Shown here one piece after another: positions 8,432 through 15,394 of a stretch of 16,193 nt of DNA. Position 1 is the stretch's first letter, and each line of letters starts with the position of its first letter. The notes under the pieces were generated by a model. That model worked only from the letters and a program-made list of their open reading frames with translations, was not told the DNA's origin and ran no database searches. The translations under genes and the position numbers were made by a program. The stretch spans positions 1-16,193 of the forward strand of contig JBDRYB010000035.1 of NCBI GenBank assembly GCA_039803205.1, read 5' to 3'. This stretch comes from a candidate division WOR-3 bacterium. Lineage in GTDB: Bacteria; Hydrothermota; Hydrothermia; JBDRYB01.

Positions 8432-9784
8432 TTGAAGAGAAGGTTTAACCCAACGAAGATCCTCATCGGGGGTTATGCCGGGATCATACTCCTGGGCGCG
8501 CTCTTGCTCCTCCTGCCCTGGTCCAGGAACGGCCATCTCTCCCCTCTGGATGCCCTCTTCACCTCCACATCAGCGGTCTGCGTGACGGGGCTTATTGTAA
8601 AGGATACAGCGACATTTTTCACGACTTTCGGAAAGCTCGTCATAATAACCCTAATCCAGATCGGAGGCCTCTCCTACATGACATTTGCCACCCTCTTCCT
8701 ATTTCTGGTTGGAAAGAAGGGCTCGCTCGTGGTGAGGAGCACGATGGCCGCTTCGTATCCAGATCTTTCCCTGGGAGAGATATACAGGTTTGCCAAGAGG
8801 ATAGTGGTAATGACCCTGGTAATAGAAACCGCAGGCTTCATCCTCCTATCATTTCCTTTTGTTGGGAAATATGGGTTCCCCGCTGGGCTCGCGCACGCGG
8901 CATTTCACGCGATCTCCGCTTTCTGCAACGCTGGATTCTCCACCTTCTCGGATAGCCTGGTTTCCTGGCGCGGGAATGTCCTGGTCAACCTTACTCTCCT
9001 CTCGCTCATTGTGATCGGAGGCCTTGGATTCGTTGCCGTTGATGAGTATTACAACAGGTTTATAAAGCGCAACAGGAGGAAGCTGAGCCTCCACGGAAGA
9101 ATGGTCGCGGCCATGACGCTCGGACTGATAATAGTGGGTTTTATTGCCTTTTTGGCCTTTGAGTGGACGGGGGCCATGGCTGATTTTTCGGTGAAGGAGA
9201 AGATCCTCTCAGCCATGTTCATGGCAATAACCCCGAGGACTGCTGGTTTTAACACCATAGATTACCCCTCCCTCAGCCCCTTCTCCCTCCTGCTCACAAT
9301 TGCCCTGATGATAATCGGCGCGTCACCAGGGGGGACCTCAGGGGGCATAAAGACAACGACCGTCGCGGTCGTCTTCCTGAGGCTCATGGCAACCCTCACA
9401 GGCAAACATGAATCCTCCGCCTGGGGATACCGAATAGGGGCAGATGCCATCAGAAAGGCATACGCGGTTTTCGTTCTCGCGCTCGCGGTGGTTGCTGTGG
9501 ATGTTTTGGCTCTCTCGCTGATTGACCCGAGAGGCATGATCATAAGGGGTTTTATCCCATACCTGTTTGAGGTGGCATCAGCCTTCGGCACGGTTGGGCT
9601 TTCCCTCGGCTCTTTCACGGTGCCGGGCGCAAACCTCTCCGCTGATTTACCGGTCTTGGGCAAATGCGTTATAATTATCACCATGTTGATAGGAAGGTTA
9701 GGTGTTTTGTCCATCTTCATGACATTCGTAACCCCTAGTCGGGACCTCGTGCGTTATGTTGAGGGCAAGGTGGTGATAGGTTGA
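8432..9784 (+). CDS. ktrB: Ktr/TrkH-family potassium uptake system membrane subunit (KtrB type)
   Basis: Four P-loop filter motifs SAVCVTGL, SAFCNAGF, TPRTAGF and SAFGTVGL, plus IGASPGGTSGGIKTTT and the C-terminal EGKVVIG. About 450 aa. Start is TTG 8432 or TTG 8426. Confidence 0.93.
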   Translation: MKRRFNPTKILIGGYAGIILLGALLLLLPWSRNGHLSPLDALFTSTSAVCVTGLIVKDTATFFTTFGKLVIITLIQIGGLSYMTFATLFLFLVGKKGSLVVRSTMAASYPDLSLGEIYRFAKRIVVMTLVIETAGFILLSFPFVGKYGFPAGLAHAAFHAISAFCNAGFSTFSDSLVSWRGNVLVNLTLLSLIVIGGLGFVAVDEYYNRFIKRNRRKLSLHGRMVAAMTLGLIIVGFIAFLAFEWTGAMADFSVKEKILSAMFMAITPRTAGFNTIDYPSLSPFSLLLTIALMIIGASPGGTSGGIKTTTVAVVFLRLMATLTGKHESSAWGYRIGADAIRKAYAVFVLALAVVAVDVLALSLIDPRGMIIRGFIPYLFEVASAFGTVGLSLGSFTVPGANLSADLPVLGKCVIIITMLIGRLGVLSIFMTFVTPSRDLVRYVEGKVVIG

Positions 9785-9805
9785 TGACCCACAGGGACAA
9801 CTAAG

Positions 9806-10489
9806 ATGCAGTTTCTCGTGATAGGTATAGGGAGATTTGGCAAGGCTGTGGCAGAGGCCCTCGCTGATGCTGGCCACGAGGTTGTAGCCGTGGATGAGAA
9901 GGAGGAGGCTGTCCTTGAGGTTGAGACCAAGGTCTCTCAAGCCCTGGTAATGGACGCCACGAACGAGCGCGCCCTGCGGACTCTCGGGATCGGGGATTTT
10001 GACGCCGTGATAGTTGCGACCAGCCAGAACATAGAATCATCACTTCTGATAACAATGCTGGCCAAGGAGCTCGGCGCTAAGAAGATAGTGGCGAAAACAG
10101 CTACGCCCCTTCAGGCAAAGGTTCTTAAGCGCCTTGGCGCTGATCTCGTCGTCTACCCGGAAAGGGACATGGGCCAACGCGTTGCCCAGCTCCTTACCTC
10201 ACCGATGATATTTGAGTTCATAGAGCTCTCACCCACCCACTCCCTCGTTGAGATAGTCGCACCGGAGGCATTTGCCGGAAAGACAATAGGGGAAACAAAA
10301 GCGAGAACCCGTTATGGCGTGAACATAATAGGGATAAAAAGAAGAGTCCCTGAGATGGATGAGGATGGCAAGGTAACCTACAAAGAGGAAACCATAATAA
10401 TACCCTCCGCAGAGGAGGAAATAGCCAGAGGGGACCTCCTGATAGTCATAGGAAGGGATGAGGATATAGACGCTCTAAAGAGGCTCTGA
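9806..10489 (+). CDS. ktrA: TrkA/KtrA-family RCK regulatory subunit of potassium uptake
   Basis: Rossmann motif VIGIGRFG, GADLVVYPERDMGQRVA, and an RCK_C region GKTIGE..RYGVNIIGIKR..GDLLIVIG. Single RCK_N + RCK_C, adjacent to ktrB. Confidence 0.93.
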   Translation: MQFLVIGIGRFGKAVAEALADAGHEVVAVDEKEEAVLEVETKVSQALVMDATNERALRTLGIGDFDAVIVATSQNIESSLLITMLAKELGAKKIVAKTATPLQAKVLKRLGADLVVYPERDMGQRVAQLLTSPMIFEFIELSPTHSLVEIVAPEAFAGKTIGETKARTRYGVNIIGIKRRVPEMDEDGKVTYKEETIIIPSAEEEIARGDLLIVIGRDEDIDALKRL

Positions 10490-10497
10490 GGAAGGTT

Positions 10498-10749
10498 ATG
10501 GGCACGGAAGACCTCCTGGAAGAGGCAAAATTTGAGCTTCTGGCAGGAAGGTATGACAAGGCCGAGAAATTCCTGAGAGAGGTTTTGAGTGATGAGCCCA
10601 ACAACACTGATGCGCTTTTTAACCTCGGAGTCCTTTATGAAATAACGCATCAGAACTCAAAGGCCCTAGAGTGTTTCAACCGCGTTCTCGAGATCGACCC
10701 CAAACACAAAGAGGCCCGTGAGCGCGCGGAGAGGCTTTCGGAGATCTGA
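10498..10749 (+). CDS. Small tetratricopeptide-repeat protein
   Basis: TPR consensus in AEKFLREVLSDEPNNTDALFNLGVLY..KALECFNRVLEIDPKHKEA. Starts 8 nt after the ktrA stop, with GAGGAAGG upstream. Confidence 0.85.
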   Translation: MGTEDLLEEAKFELLAGRYDKAEKFLREVLSDEPNNTDALFNLGVLYEITHQNSKALECFNRVLEIDPKHKEARERAERLSEI

Positions 10750-10778
10750 GTTCGGGTTCAACCACCGATCCGGCTATG

Positions 10779-10800
10779 TTCCTGGGTTCTCAGGGATTTT
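10779..10800 (+). terminator. Possible intrinsic terminator after the ktrB-ktrA-TPR unit
   Basis: TTCCTGG-GTTC-TCAGGGA hairpin (two G-U pairs) followed by TTTT, between convergent transcription units. Confidence 0.3.
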
Positions 10801-10819
10801 AATGTTTCCACGAGGGTTA

Positions 10820-10903
10820 TGCCGGGGGCGGGATTTGAACCCGCACGGGATCGCTCCCACTAAGTCCTGAACCTAGCGCGTCTGCCAATTCCGCCACCCC
10901 GGC
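10820..10903 (-). tRNA. tRNA-Leu (anticodon CAG), CCA not encoded
   Basis: Reverse complement GCCGGGGTGGCGGAATTGGCAGACGCGCTAGGTTCAGGACTTAGTGGGAGCGATCCCGTGCGGGTTCAAATCCCGCCCCCGGCA. Acceptor stem GCCGGGG/CCCCGGC, anticodon loop TT-CAG-GA, long variable arm, TTCAAAT T-loop, discriminator A followed by TAA. Confidence 0.97.
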
Positions 10904-10912
10904 AGGATGAAG

Positions 10913-10942
10913 ATTATAAGCAAAAGAGACCACGATTTTCAA
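10913..10942 (-). promoter_or_regulatory. sigma70-type promoter for tRNA-Leu
   Basis: On the - strand: TTGAAA (10942-10937), 18 nt, TATAAT (10918-10913), 9 nt upstream of the mature tRNA 5' end. Confidence 0.7.
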
Positions 10943-10963
10943 CCAGAAGAACGCTATCCCCCC

Positions 10964-11551
10964 TCAAATCCTCCTCACCCCTGCCAAGGCCCGCATCGCT
11001 AGCTGGCGTATCTCGGGATCGGGGTCCTCGCGTGAGACCCTCTCTATGATCTCGTCAACCTCCGGGCTTGATGCGGCATGAGCGAGAAGAACCCTGAGGG
11101 CGGTCTTCCTGTCCTGGGGGCGACCTGTCCTCAATATGCCATCTATCACGGGAATGAACTCGGAGGCCTCCGCGCCCAGCTTCATTATCGCGGCGAAAAC
11201 CGCCATCCTTGCCCTCTCATCCCCTTCCTCCATTGCCTCAAACAAGAAATAGAAGAACATGGAGCGCTCGCCCTTTGGAAGATTAGGAAGGGCGCCGGAT
11301 AGGAGAATAACTGCCTCTTCCCAGAGCGATGGCTCCTTGTGGAAAAGCCTCCCGGCCTCATAGGCTATCACGAAAGGAAACTGCTTGGCTGGCCTGCCGG
11401 AGAGCCTCTTGACGACCTCAAGGCGCTTCTCCTTTGTCAGCTGGAAGAGCTTGATGTCAAGGCCAGAGATGAGCTCAGCGAGCATATCCTCATCCTGAGG
11501 CGCATCAGCGCTCCCGGCCACGAAGGCTCTCCAAAGCGCACCGCTCTTCAT
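10964..11551 (-). CDS. HEAT/ARM-repeat-like all-alpha hypothetical protein
   Basis: C-terminal HEAT-like units GDERARMAVFAAIMKLG, RPQDRKTALRVL and EDPDPEIRQLAMRALAG. ATG 11551 is preferred because the ORF-track start 11569 lies inside the promoter. Confidence 0.65.
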   Translation of the reverse strand: MKSGALWRAFVAGSADAPQDEDMLAELISGLDIKLFQLTKEKRLEVVKRLSGRPAKQFPFVIAYEAGRLFHKEPSLWEEAVILLSGALPNLPKGERSMFFYFLFEAMEEGDERARMAVFAAIMKLGAEASEFIPVIDGILRTGRPQDRKTALRVLLAHAASSPEVDEIIERVSREDPDPEIRQLAMRALAGVRRI

Positions 11552-11559
11552 GATAGTAT

Positions 11560-11588
11560 AATTTAACACTGAAAGCCTGGAAGATCAA
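11560..11588 (-). promoter_or_regulatory. sigma70-type promoter with extended -10 for the HEAT gene
   Basis: On the - strand: TTGATC (11588-11583), 17 nt, TAAATT (11565-11560) preceded by TGn. ATG follows 8 nt later with no SD. Confidence 0.5.
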
Positions 11589-12430
11589 GGGCCGCGATCC
11601 CCACGATAGAGCTCCGCCCTGCGCGCCTCAAGGAGGTTATCAGGCTTGCCCGAGAAGCCCGCGGCTGTTCTTACGGAGGTCCCCACAGAGCTAGCGAGCT
11701 CAAGAACCCTCAGCACCCTGGCCTTCCAATTCAGATCCCTCAAGAGGTGATGCTCAAGAATGATGGTCTCAGGCCTGACCTCAGTTATCACCCTTGAGAG
11801 ATACCCAACTGAGGTCCCTAGGTCCCCGATTCCCATATATGTCAAGGGGCCATCAATGTAGAGAATGCGAGGGCGATTCTCCGCGATGAAGGCGAACTGG
11901 GACTCCGTTTGGATACCGCCGACATCCGAGGCGTAGAGAAAGCTCTCTTTTCCTCGCTTAATGGCCACTGATATTACCCACCCTGTCTTGGAACCTTCCT
12001 GACCGTGGGGAAGGGGACCTGAAAAAACCAACTCGGTCTCACCGAAACGGAAGGTTTTTCCATCTGCCGGGGAGAACTCTAATCCCCTCAGGAATTCCCC
12101 TGCCCTCCTTCTCTGATTGAAATTTATCGCTTTTTCCGGATCCTTCACCAGGAGGGTTTTCCCTCGCAGGATCTCAGGATGGTCCGGATTCAGGTGATCG
12201 TAGTGATAGTGGGTTATGATGACCACATCCGAGCCCTCAAGGGCTGATGAGATGGCCTTCCAGGCGAGATCAAGCGCCTCCCATTCAAGCCGATGGGGCG
12301 GGAGGCCGTATCTGCTCGGACCGAGGGCACATCCAGGGTCTATCACGATAGAAGCATCCGGAGTCCTCACCAGAACTGAGGAGCTTCTTACTCCGGGCCA
12401 GCTCTCGGAAGCGAGTGGGAGTATCTCCAA
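11585..12430 (-). CDS. MBL-fold metallo-hydrolase, UPF0282 (mainly archaeal) family
   Basis: N-terminus MEILPLASESWPGVRS..IVIDPGCALGPSRYGLPPHRLE, metal motif THYHYDH, PHG..SKTGWV, YASDV, IDGPLTY, EHHLLRDLNW and LLEARRAELY. TTG start 2 nt after the upstream stop. Confidence 0.85.
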   Translation of the reverse strand: MEILPLASESWPGVRSSSVLVRTPDASIVIDPGCALGPSRYGLPPHRLEWEALDLAWKAISSALEGSDVVIITHYHYDHLNPDHPEILRGKTLLVKDPEKAINFNQRRRAGEFLRGLEFSPADGKTFRFGETELVFSGPLPHGQEGSKTGWVISVAIKRGKESFLYASDVGGIQTESQFAFIAENRPRILYIDGPLTYMGIGDLGTSVGYLSRVITEVRPETIILEHHLLRDLNWKARVLRVLELASSVGTSVRTAAGFSGKPDNLLEARRAELYRGDRGP

Positions 12431-12432
12431 AA

Positions 12433-12957
12433 TTACTTTAAGTAAACGCTCCCTCCTCCCATCAAAATGGCAAGAGGAAGATTCTTCATTGTGTACGAGA
12501 GGGTCTTATAAAGAATGCTCATGTCCAGTTCATCCTCAAACGGAAGCGTGAAAATCACAACGAGATCAGTATCTTTGTCCAAAGCGAACTTGTAGAAAGC
12601 GTATGTGGAGTTAAGATTATTCACCCATTCAAGGAGCTCCTCTCGTCTCTCGGCGGATTTGTATTTATCTTTTATCACGAAAAAGATTTGGATGCTGAGC
12701 CTGTTCAGCTCTCCGGGGCCAAGAAGGGAAGGGGAAAGGTTCATTTTGAGGGAAGGCCCTCCCTTATATGGAAATGCCTCAATAGTTATAACATCATCCT
12801 TCACTTCAATAACCTTGTATCCGGAGTCAGCAAGGTGCTTAGCCGTCTCTTTGCTCAGCACATTAGCGAAAGCGACATCGTTCGTGTCGTTCACTGGAAT
12901 TGAGGGGAGGGAACCCGATCCTTTAGCCGCACCAAGCAAAATACCTATCCAGATCAT
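12433..12957 (-). CDS. YbjN-domain (T3SS-chaperone-like fold) protein with a short hydrophobic N-terminus
   Basis: ELLEWVNNLNSTYAFYKFALDKDTDLVVIFTLPF matches the YbjN-type N-x-x-N..K..LD.D.DL pattern. The ORF fills the gap between tRNA-His and the MBL gene. Confidence 0.6.
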   Translation of the reverse strand: MIWIGILLGAAKGSGSLPSIPVNDTNDVAFANVLSKETAKHLADSGYKVIEVKDDVITIEAFPYKGGPSLKMNLSPSLLGPGELNRLSIQIFFVIKDKYKSAERREELLEWVNNLNSTYAFYKFALDKDTDLVVIFTLPFEDELDMSILYKTLSYTMKNLPLAILMGGGSVYLK

Positions 12958-12971
12958 ACATTAGATAGAGG

Positions 12972-13045
12972 GGTGGGCGAGGGGCTTTGAACCCCCGACC
13001 CCTGGAGCCACAGTCCAGTGCTCTACCGATTGAGCTACGCCCACC
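12972..13045 (-). tRNA. tRNA-His (anticodon GTG), with encoded G-1 and CCA not encoded
   Basis: Reverse complement G-GTGGGCG TA GCTC AATCGGTA GAGC A CTGGA CT-GTG-GC TCCAG GGGTC GGGGG TTCAAAG CCCCT CGCCCAC C. The G-1:C73 His identity pair is present, and the gene is followed by CCT rather than CCA. Confidence 0.97.
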
Positions 13046-13056
13046 GCGAGAAGCAA

Positions 13057-13104
13057 ATTATAAACCCAGCGTGCTTGATCCTGCCAGCAGGAATGGGTTA
13101 AAAT
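13057..13104. promoter_or_regulatory. Divergent promoter region (tRNA-His on -, lipoprotein/murA unit on +)
   Basis: On the - strand TATAAT at 13062-13057. On the + strand TTGATC (13075-13080), 18 nt, TAAAAT (13099-13104), then 6 nt and GTG 13111. Confidence 0.6.
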
Positions 13105-13110
13105 TAGCCC

Positions 13111-13323
13111 GTGAATAAGAGCTTTTGGATCTTATTTGCACTCGTGAGCTTTTCAGCTTGTTCTCCGGGCCCATCCGCGAAGGACATAGAGAGGCTCAGA
13201 AAGGATGTTGAGGAGCTCTCTGAGGCAGTGGATTCCCTGAACGCCAAGCTGGCGGAGACAGAACGCAAGCTCACGGAGGCACAGGCCAAGCTCCAAGAAA
13301 ACAACAAGGAGGATCAGAGATGA
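13111..13323 (+). CDS. Small coiled-coil lipoprotein, Lpp/OprI-like
   Basis: Signal MNKSFWILFALVSFSA-C with lipobox FSAC. The mature region is a continuous heptad repeat IERLRKDVEELSEAVDSLNAKLAETERKLTEAQAKL. ATGA overlap with the next gene. Confidence 0.75.
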   Translation: MNKSFWILFALVSFSACSPGPSAKDIERLRKDVEELSEAVDSLNAKLAETERKLTEAQAKLQENNKEDQR

Positions 13324-14096
13324 GGATATTAAAAGGCGTGGCCCTGGGCATCCTGGGCCTTATCTGGTTTTCGGGAATGGACTGCGGCGCGAGGCCGCAG
13401 GACATAAACCTCAGGTATATGGTAAAGGACATGGGAGGCAGTGTAGACCTGATGTGGGACAGCGCTGAGGGCGTCATTGATTTTCTACTCTATAAGGACG
13501 ACAGCCTCTTGGATACCCTGCCCCCTGAGTCCCTGCACTACATCTTTGACAGCACCATGATAGGCAAGAGGTTCAGGGTCGTCGCGGAAGGAGCAAGGCT
13601 TGAAGGAAGCATTGACCTCACTCCCTATGTCGACTCATTTACCATATACGAGCCCGATTACTCGGACACCACCCCCTCCGGAGTTTCTTTTGACGCGAGC
13701 GGGCACTATACCCTATATAACCTCCACGCAGACACCAGTTCCTGGTGGTGGGGGGTTCAGATAATCATCATGGACACCCTACCTGGCGCCGTTGATTTCT
13801 CCAGCTTGCGCCTCCTTTCCCCGAGCATCTTCGCCATGCCCTTCGTCACGGCCTTCGCGGTCAACACCCAGGACTATGCCCCTACTCCGGACAAAGACGA
13901 TACCCTCTTCGCCTACAGCTACTCTCCCTTCGTTACAGCGCCGGAATACGCGGCTTGGCTGAGAGCGGGCAGCTACGAGTGGAACAGATCCTGCAACTTC
14001 GTCCGTCTCACGGCTGTGAACGCTGACCCCGCGGGTTGGATCAGTATAAAATACGCCTATCAGGCCGCGGGCGGCCTGAGGTGGTTCCCGTATTAG
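13320..14096 (+). CDS. Hypothetical exported protein, possible lipoprotein
   Basis: SD AAGGAGG at about 13306-13312 and an ATGA overlap with the upstream stop. Signal-like MRILKGVALGILGLIWFSGMD-C with an atypical lipobox. Beta-rich body with an FN3-like start (VDLMWDSAEGVIDFLLYKDD). Function unknown. Confidence 0.7.
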   Translation: MRILKGVALGILGLIWFSGMDCGARPQDINLRYMVKDMGGSVDLMWDSAEGVIDFLLYKDDSLLDTLPPESLHYIFDSTMIGKRFRVVAEGARLEGSIDLTPYVDSFTIYEPDYSDTTPSGVSFDASGHYTLYNLHADTSSWWWGVQIIIMDTLPGAVDFSSLRLLSPSIFAMPFVTAFAVNTQDYAPTPDKDDTLFAYSYSPFVTAPEYAAWLRAGSYEWNRSCNFVRLTAVNADPAGWISIKYAYQAAGGLRWFPY

Positions 14097-14128
14097 AGAA
14101 ACCGCGAATCAAAACTGAGCTGGGAGCG

Positions 14129-15394
14129 TTGAGCAAGAGATACTTGGTTAGGGGAGGGAGGCCTCTCATCGGCGAAACAGAGGCGATTGGTGCGAAGAAC
14201 GCGGCACTCCCTTTGATGTCAGCGTGCCTTTTGGTTCCTGAGCCAGTAAAGCTCAAGCGAGTTCCTTTTGTCCAGGATGTTCTCACAATGGCCGATCTCC
14301 TGGCGGGCCTTGGCGTCAGTGTGAAAAAGGAGGGCGAAGATTCCTGGCTCATAGACGCATCCCGGATAGAAAACCACCGAGCGCCGTACGAGCTCGTCTC
14401 AAGGATGAGGGCCTCAACATACATACTCGGCCCTCTTTTGGCCAGGGTTGGAAAGGCGAGGGTCGCACTGCCAGGGGGATGCTCTTTTGGCCCGAGGCCG
14501 ATAAACTTTCACCTTGATGGGCTTTCAAGAATGGGAGCCTCAATAGAGATAGAGCACGGAGAGATAGTCGCGAGCTCCTGCGGGCTTTCTGGAATGGAGA
14601 TGGAGCTGCCTTTTCGTTCCGTTGGCGCTACGGCTCATCTGATGATGGCCGCGACCCTCGCAAAGGGAAAAACCCTCATTCTGAACGCGGCTTGTGAGCC
14701 TGAGGTCGTTGCTGTTGCTGATTTTCTGAGAGCATGTGGGGCCAGGATCAAGGGCCCCGAAAACGGGGTTCTGGAAATAGAAGGAACCCAGACCCTTTCA
14801 TCACCAGGGACATTCCACAACATTCCAGACAGGATAGAGGGCGGAACCATAGCTGTTGCCGCCTTCATAACCCGGGGGGATGTGGTCATAAAGGATGTGA
14901 ATCCTCAAGATATGCTCCCCCTTTTGACTGTAATGAAGGAGATGGGGGCGGGGGTTGAACAAGGAGAATGGAGCATCAAGATAACCGGCTCTGATAGGCC
15001 GAAGCCCCATGATATCGCGACCAATCCGCATCCAGGCTTTCCAACTGACCTTCAACCAGCGATAATGACCGCTCTTTCCGTGGCCGACGGTGTATCCACT
15101 GTAAAGGAGACCATCTACCCGGACCGCTTCAAACACGCTTTTGAGCTCAACAGGCTCGGCGCCGACATAACAGTTGACGGAACAGGCAGGGCCATAATAA
15201 GGGGTGTTGAGAAACTCTCAGGGGCTCCGGTTGAGGGAACGGACCTGAGGGCAACTGCCGCGCTTGTCCTGGCCGGCCTCATCGCTGAGGGAGAGACAGA
15301 GGTCTCCGGCATAGAGCACCTTGAGAGGGGATACATGGATTTCGCTGGGAAGCTGGGCGCTCTTGGGGCTCAGATAGATATCGTAAGCAAGTAA
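14129..15394 (+). CDS. murA: UDP-N-acetylglucosamine 1-carboxyvinyltransferase
   Basis: GAKNAALPL, VSRMRAS, LPGGCSFGPRP (catalytic Cys retained), SVGAT, NAACEPEV, IPDRIEGGT, HPGFPTDLQ, TDLRATAALVLAGL and HLERGY. Homology begins at TTG 14129 (MSKRYLVRGGRPL), giving about 421 aa, a typical length. Confidence 0.97.
   Translation: MSKRYLVRGGRPLIGETEAIGAKNAALPLMSACLLVPEPVKLKRVPFVQDVLTMADLLAGLGVSVKKEGEDSWLIDASRIENHRAPYELVSRMRASTYILGPLLARVGKARVALPGGCSFGPRPINFHLDGLSRMGASIEIEHGEIVASSCGLSGMEMELPFRSVGATAHLMMAATLAKGKTLILNAACEPEVVAVADFLRACGARIKGPENGVLEIEGTQTLSSPGTFHNIPDRIEGGTIAVAAFITRGDVVIKDVNPQDMLPLLTVMKEMGAGVEQGEWSIKITGSDRPKPHDIATNPHPGFPTDLQPAIMTALSVADGVSTVKETIYPDRFKHAFELNRLGADITVDGTGRAIIRGVEKLSGAPVEGTDLRATAALVLAGLIAEGETEVSGIEHLERGYMDFAGKLGALGAQIDIVSK

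Noticed and set aside
7705..8536. Long antisense ORFs (159 aa and 248 aa) opposite mat, and similar ones at 79-621, 9262-9720 and 14041-14424
   Set aside because: They are shadow frames fully or largely overlapping well-supported genes, with no recognisable motifs or translation signals.
10820..13045. Possible genomic island bounded by tRNA-Leu and tRNA-His
   Set aside because: I found no integrase, no duplicated tRNA 3' end (att repeat) and no obvious compositional shift.
14036..14128. ORF-track N-terminal extension of MurA (MDQYKIRLSGRGRP...), which superficially resembles a MurA N-terminus
   Set aside because: It overlaps the last 61 nt of the upstream gene. Real homology and typical length begin at TTG 14129, so the resemblance is probably chance.
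14465..14500. Fosfomycin-resistant MurA variant
   Set aside because: The active-site Cys is retained (LPGGCSFGPRP), so it is not the Cys-to-Asp resistant type.
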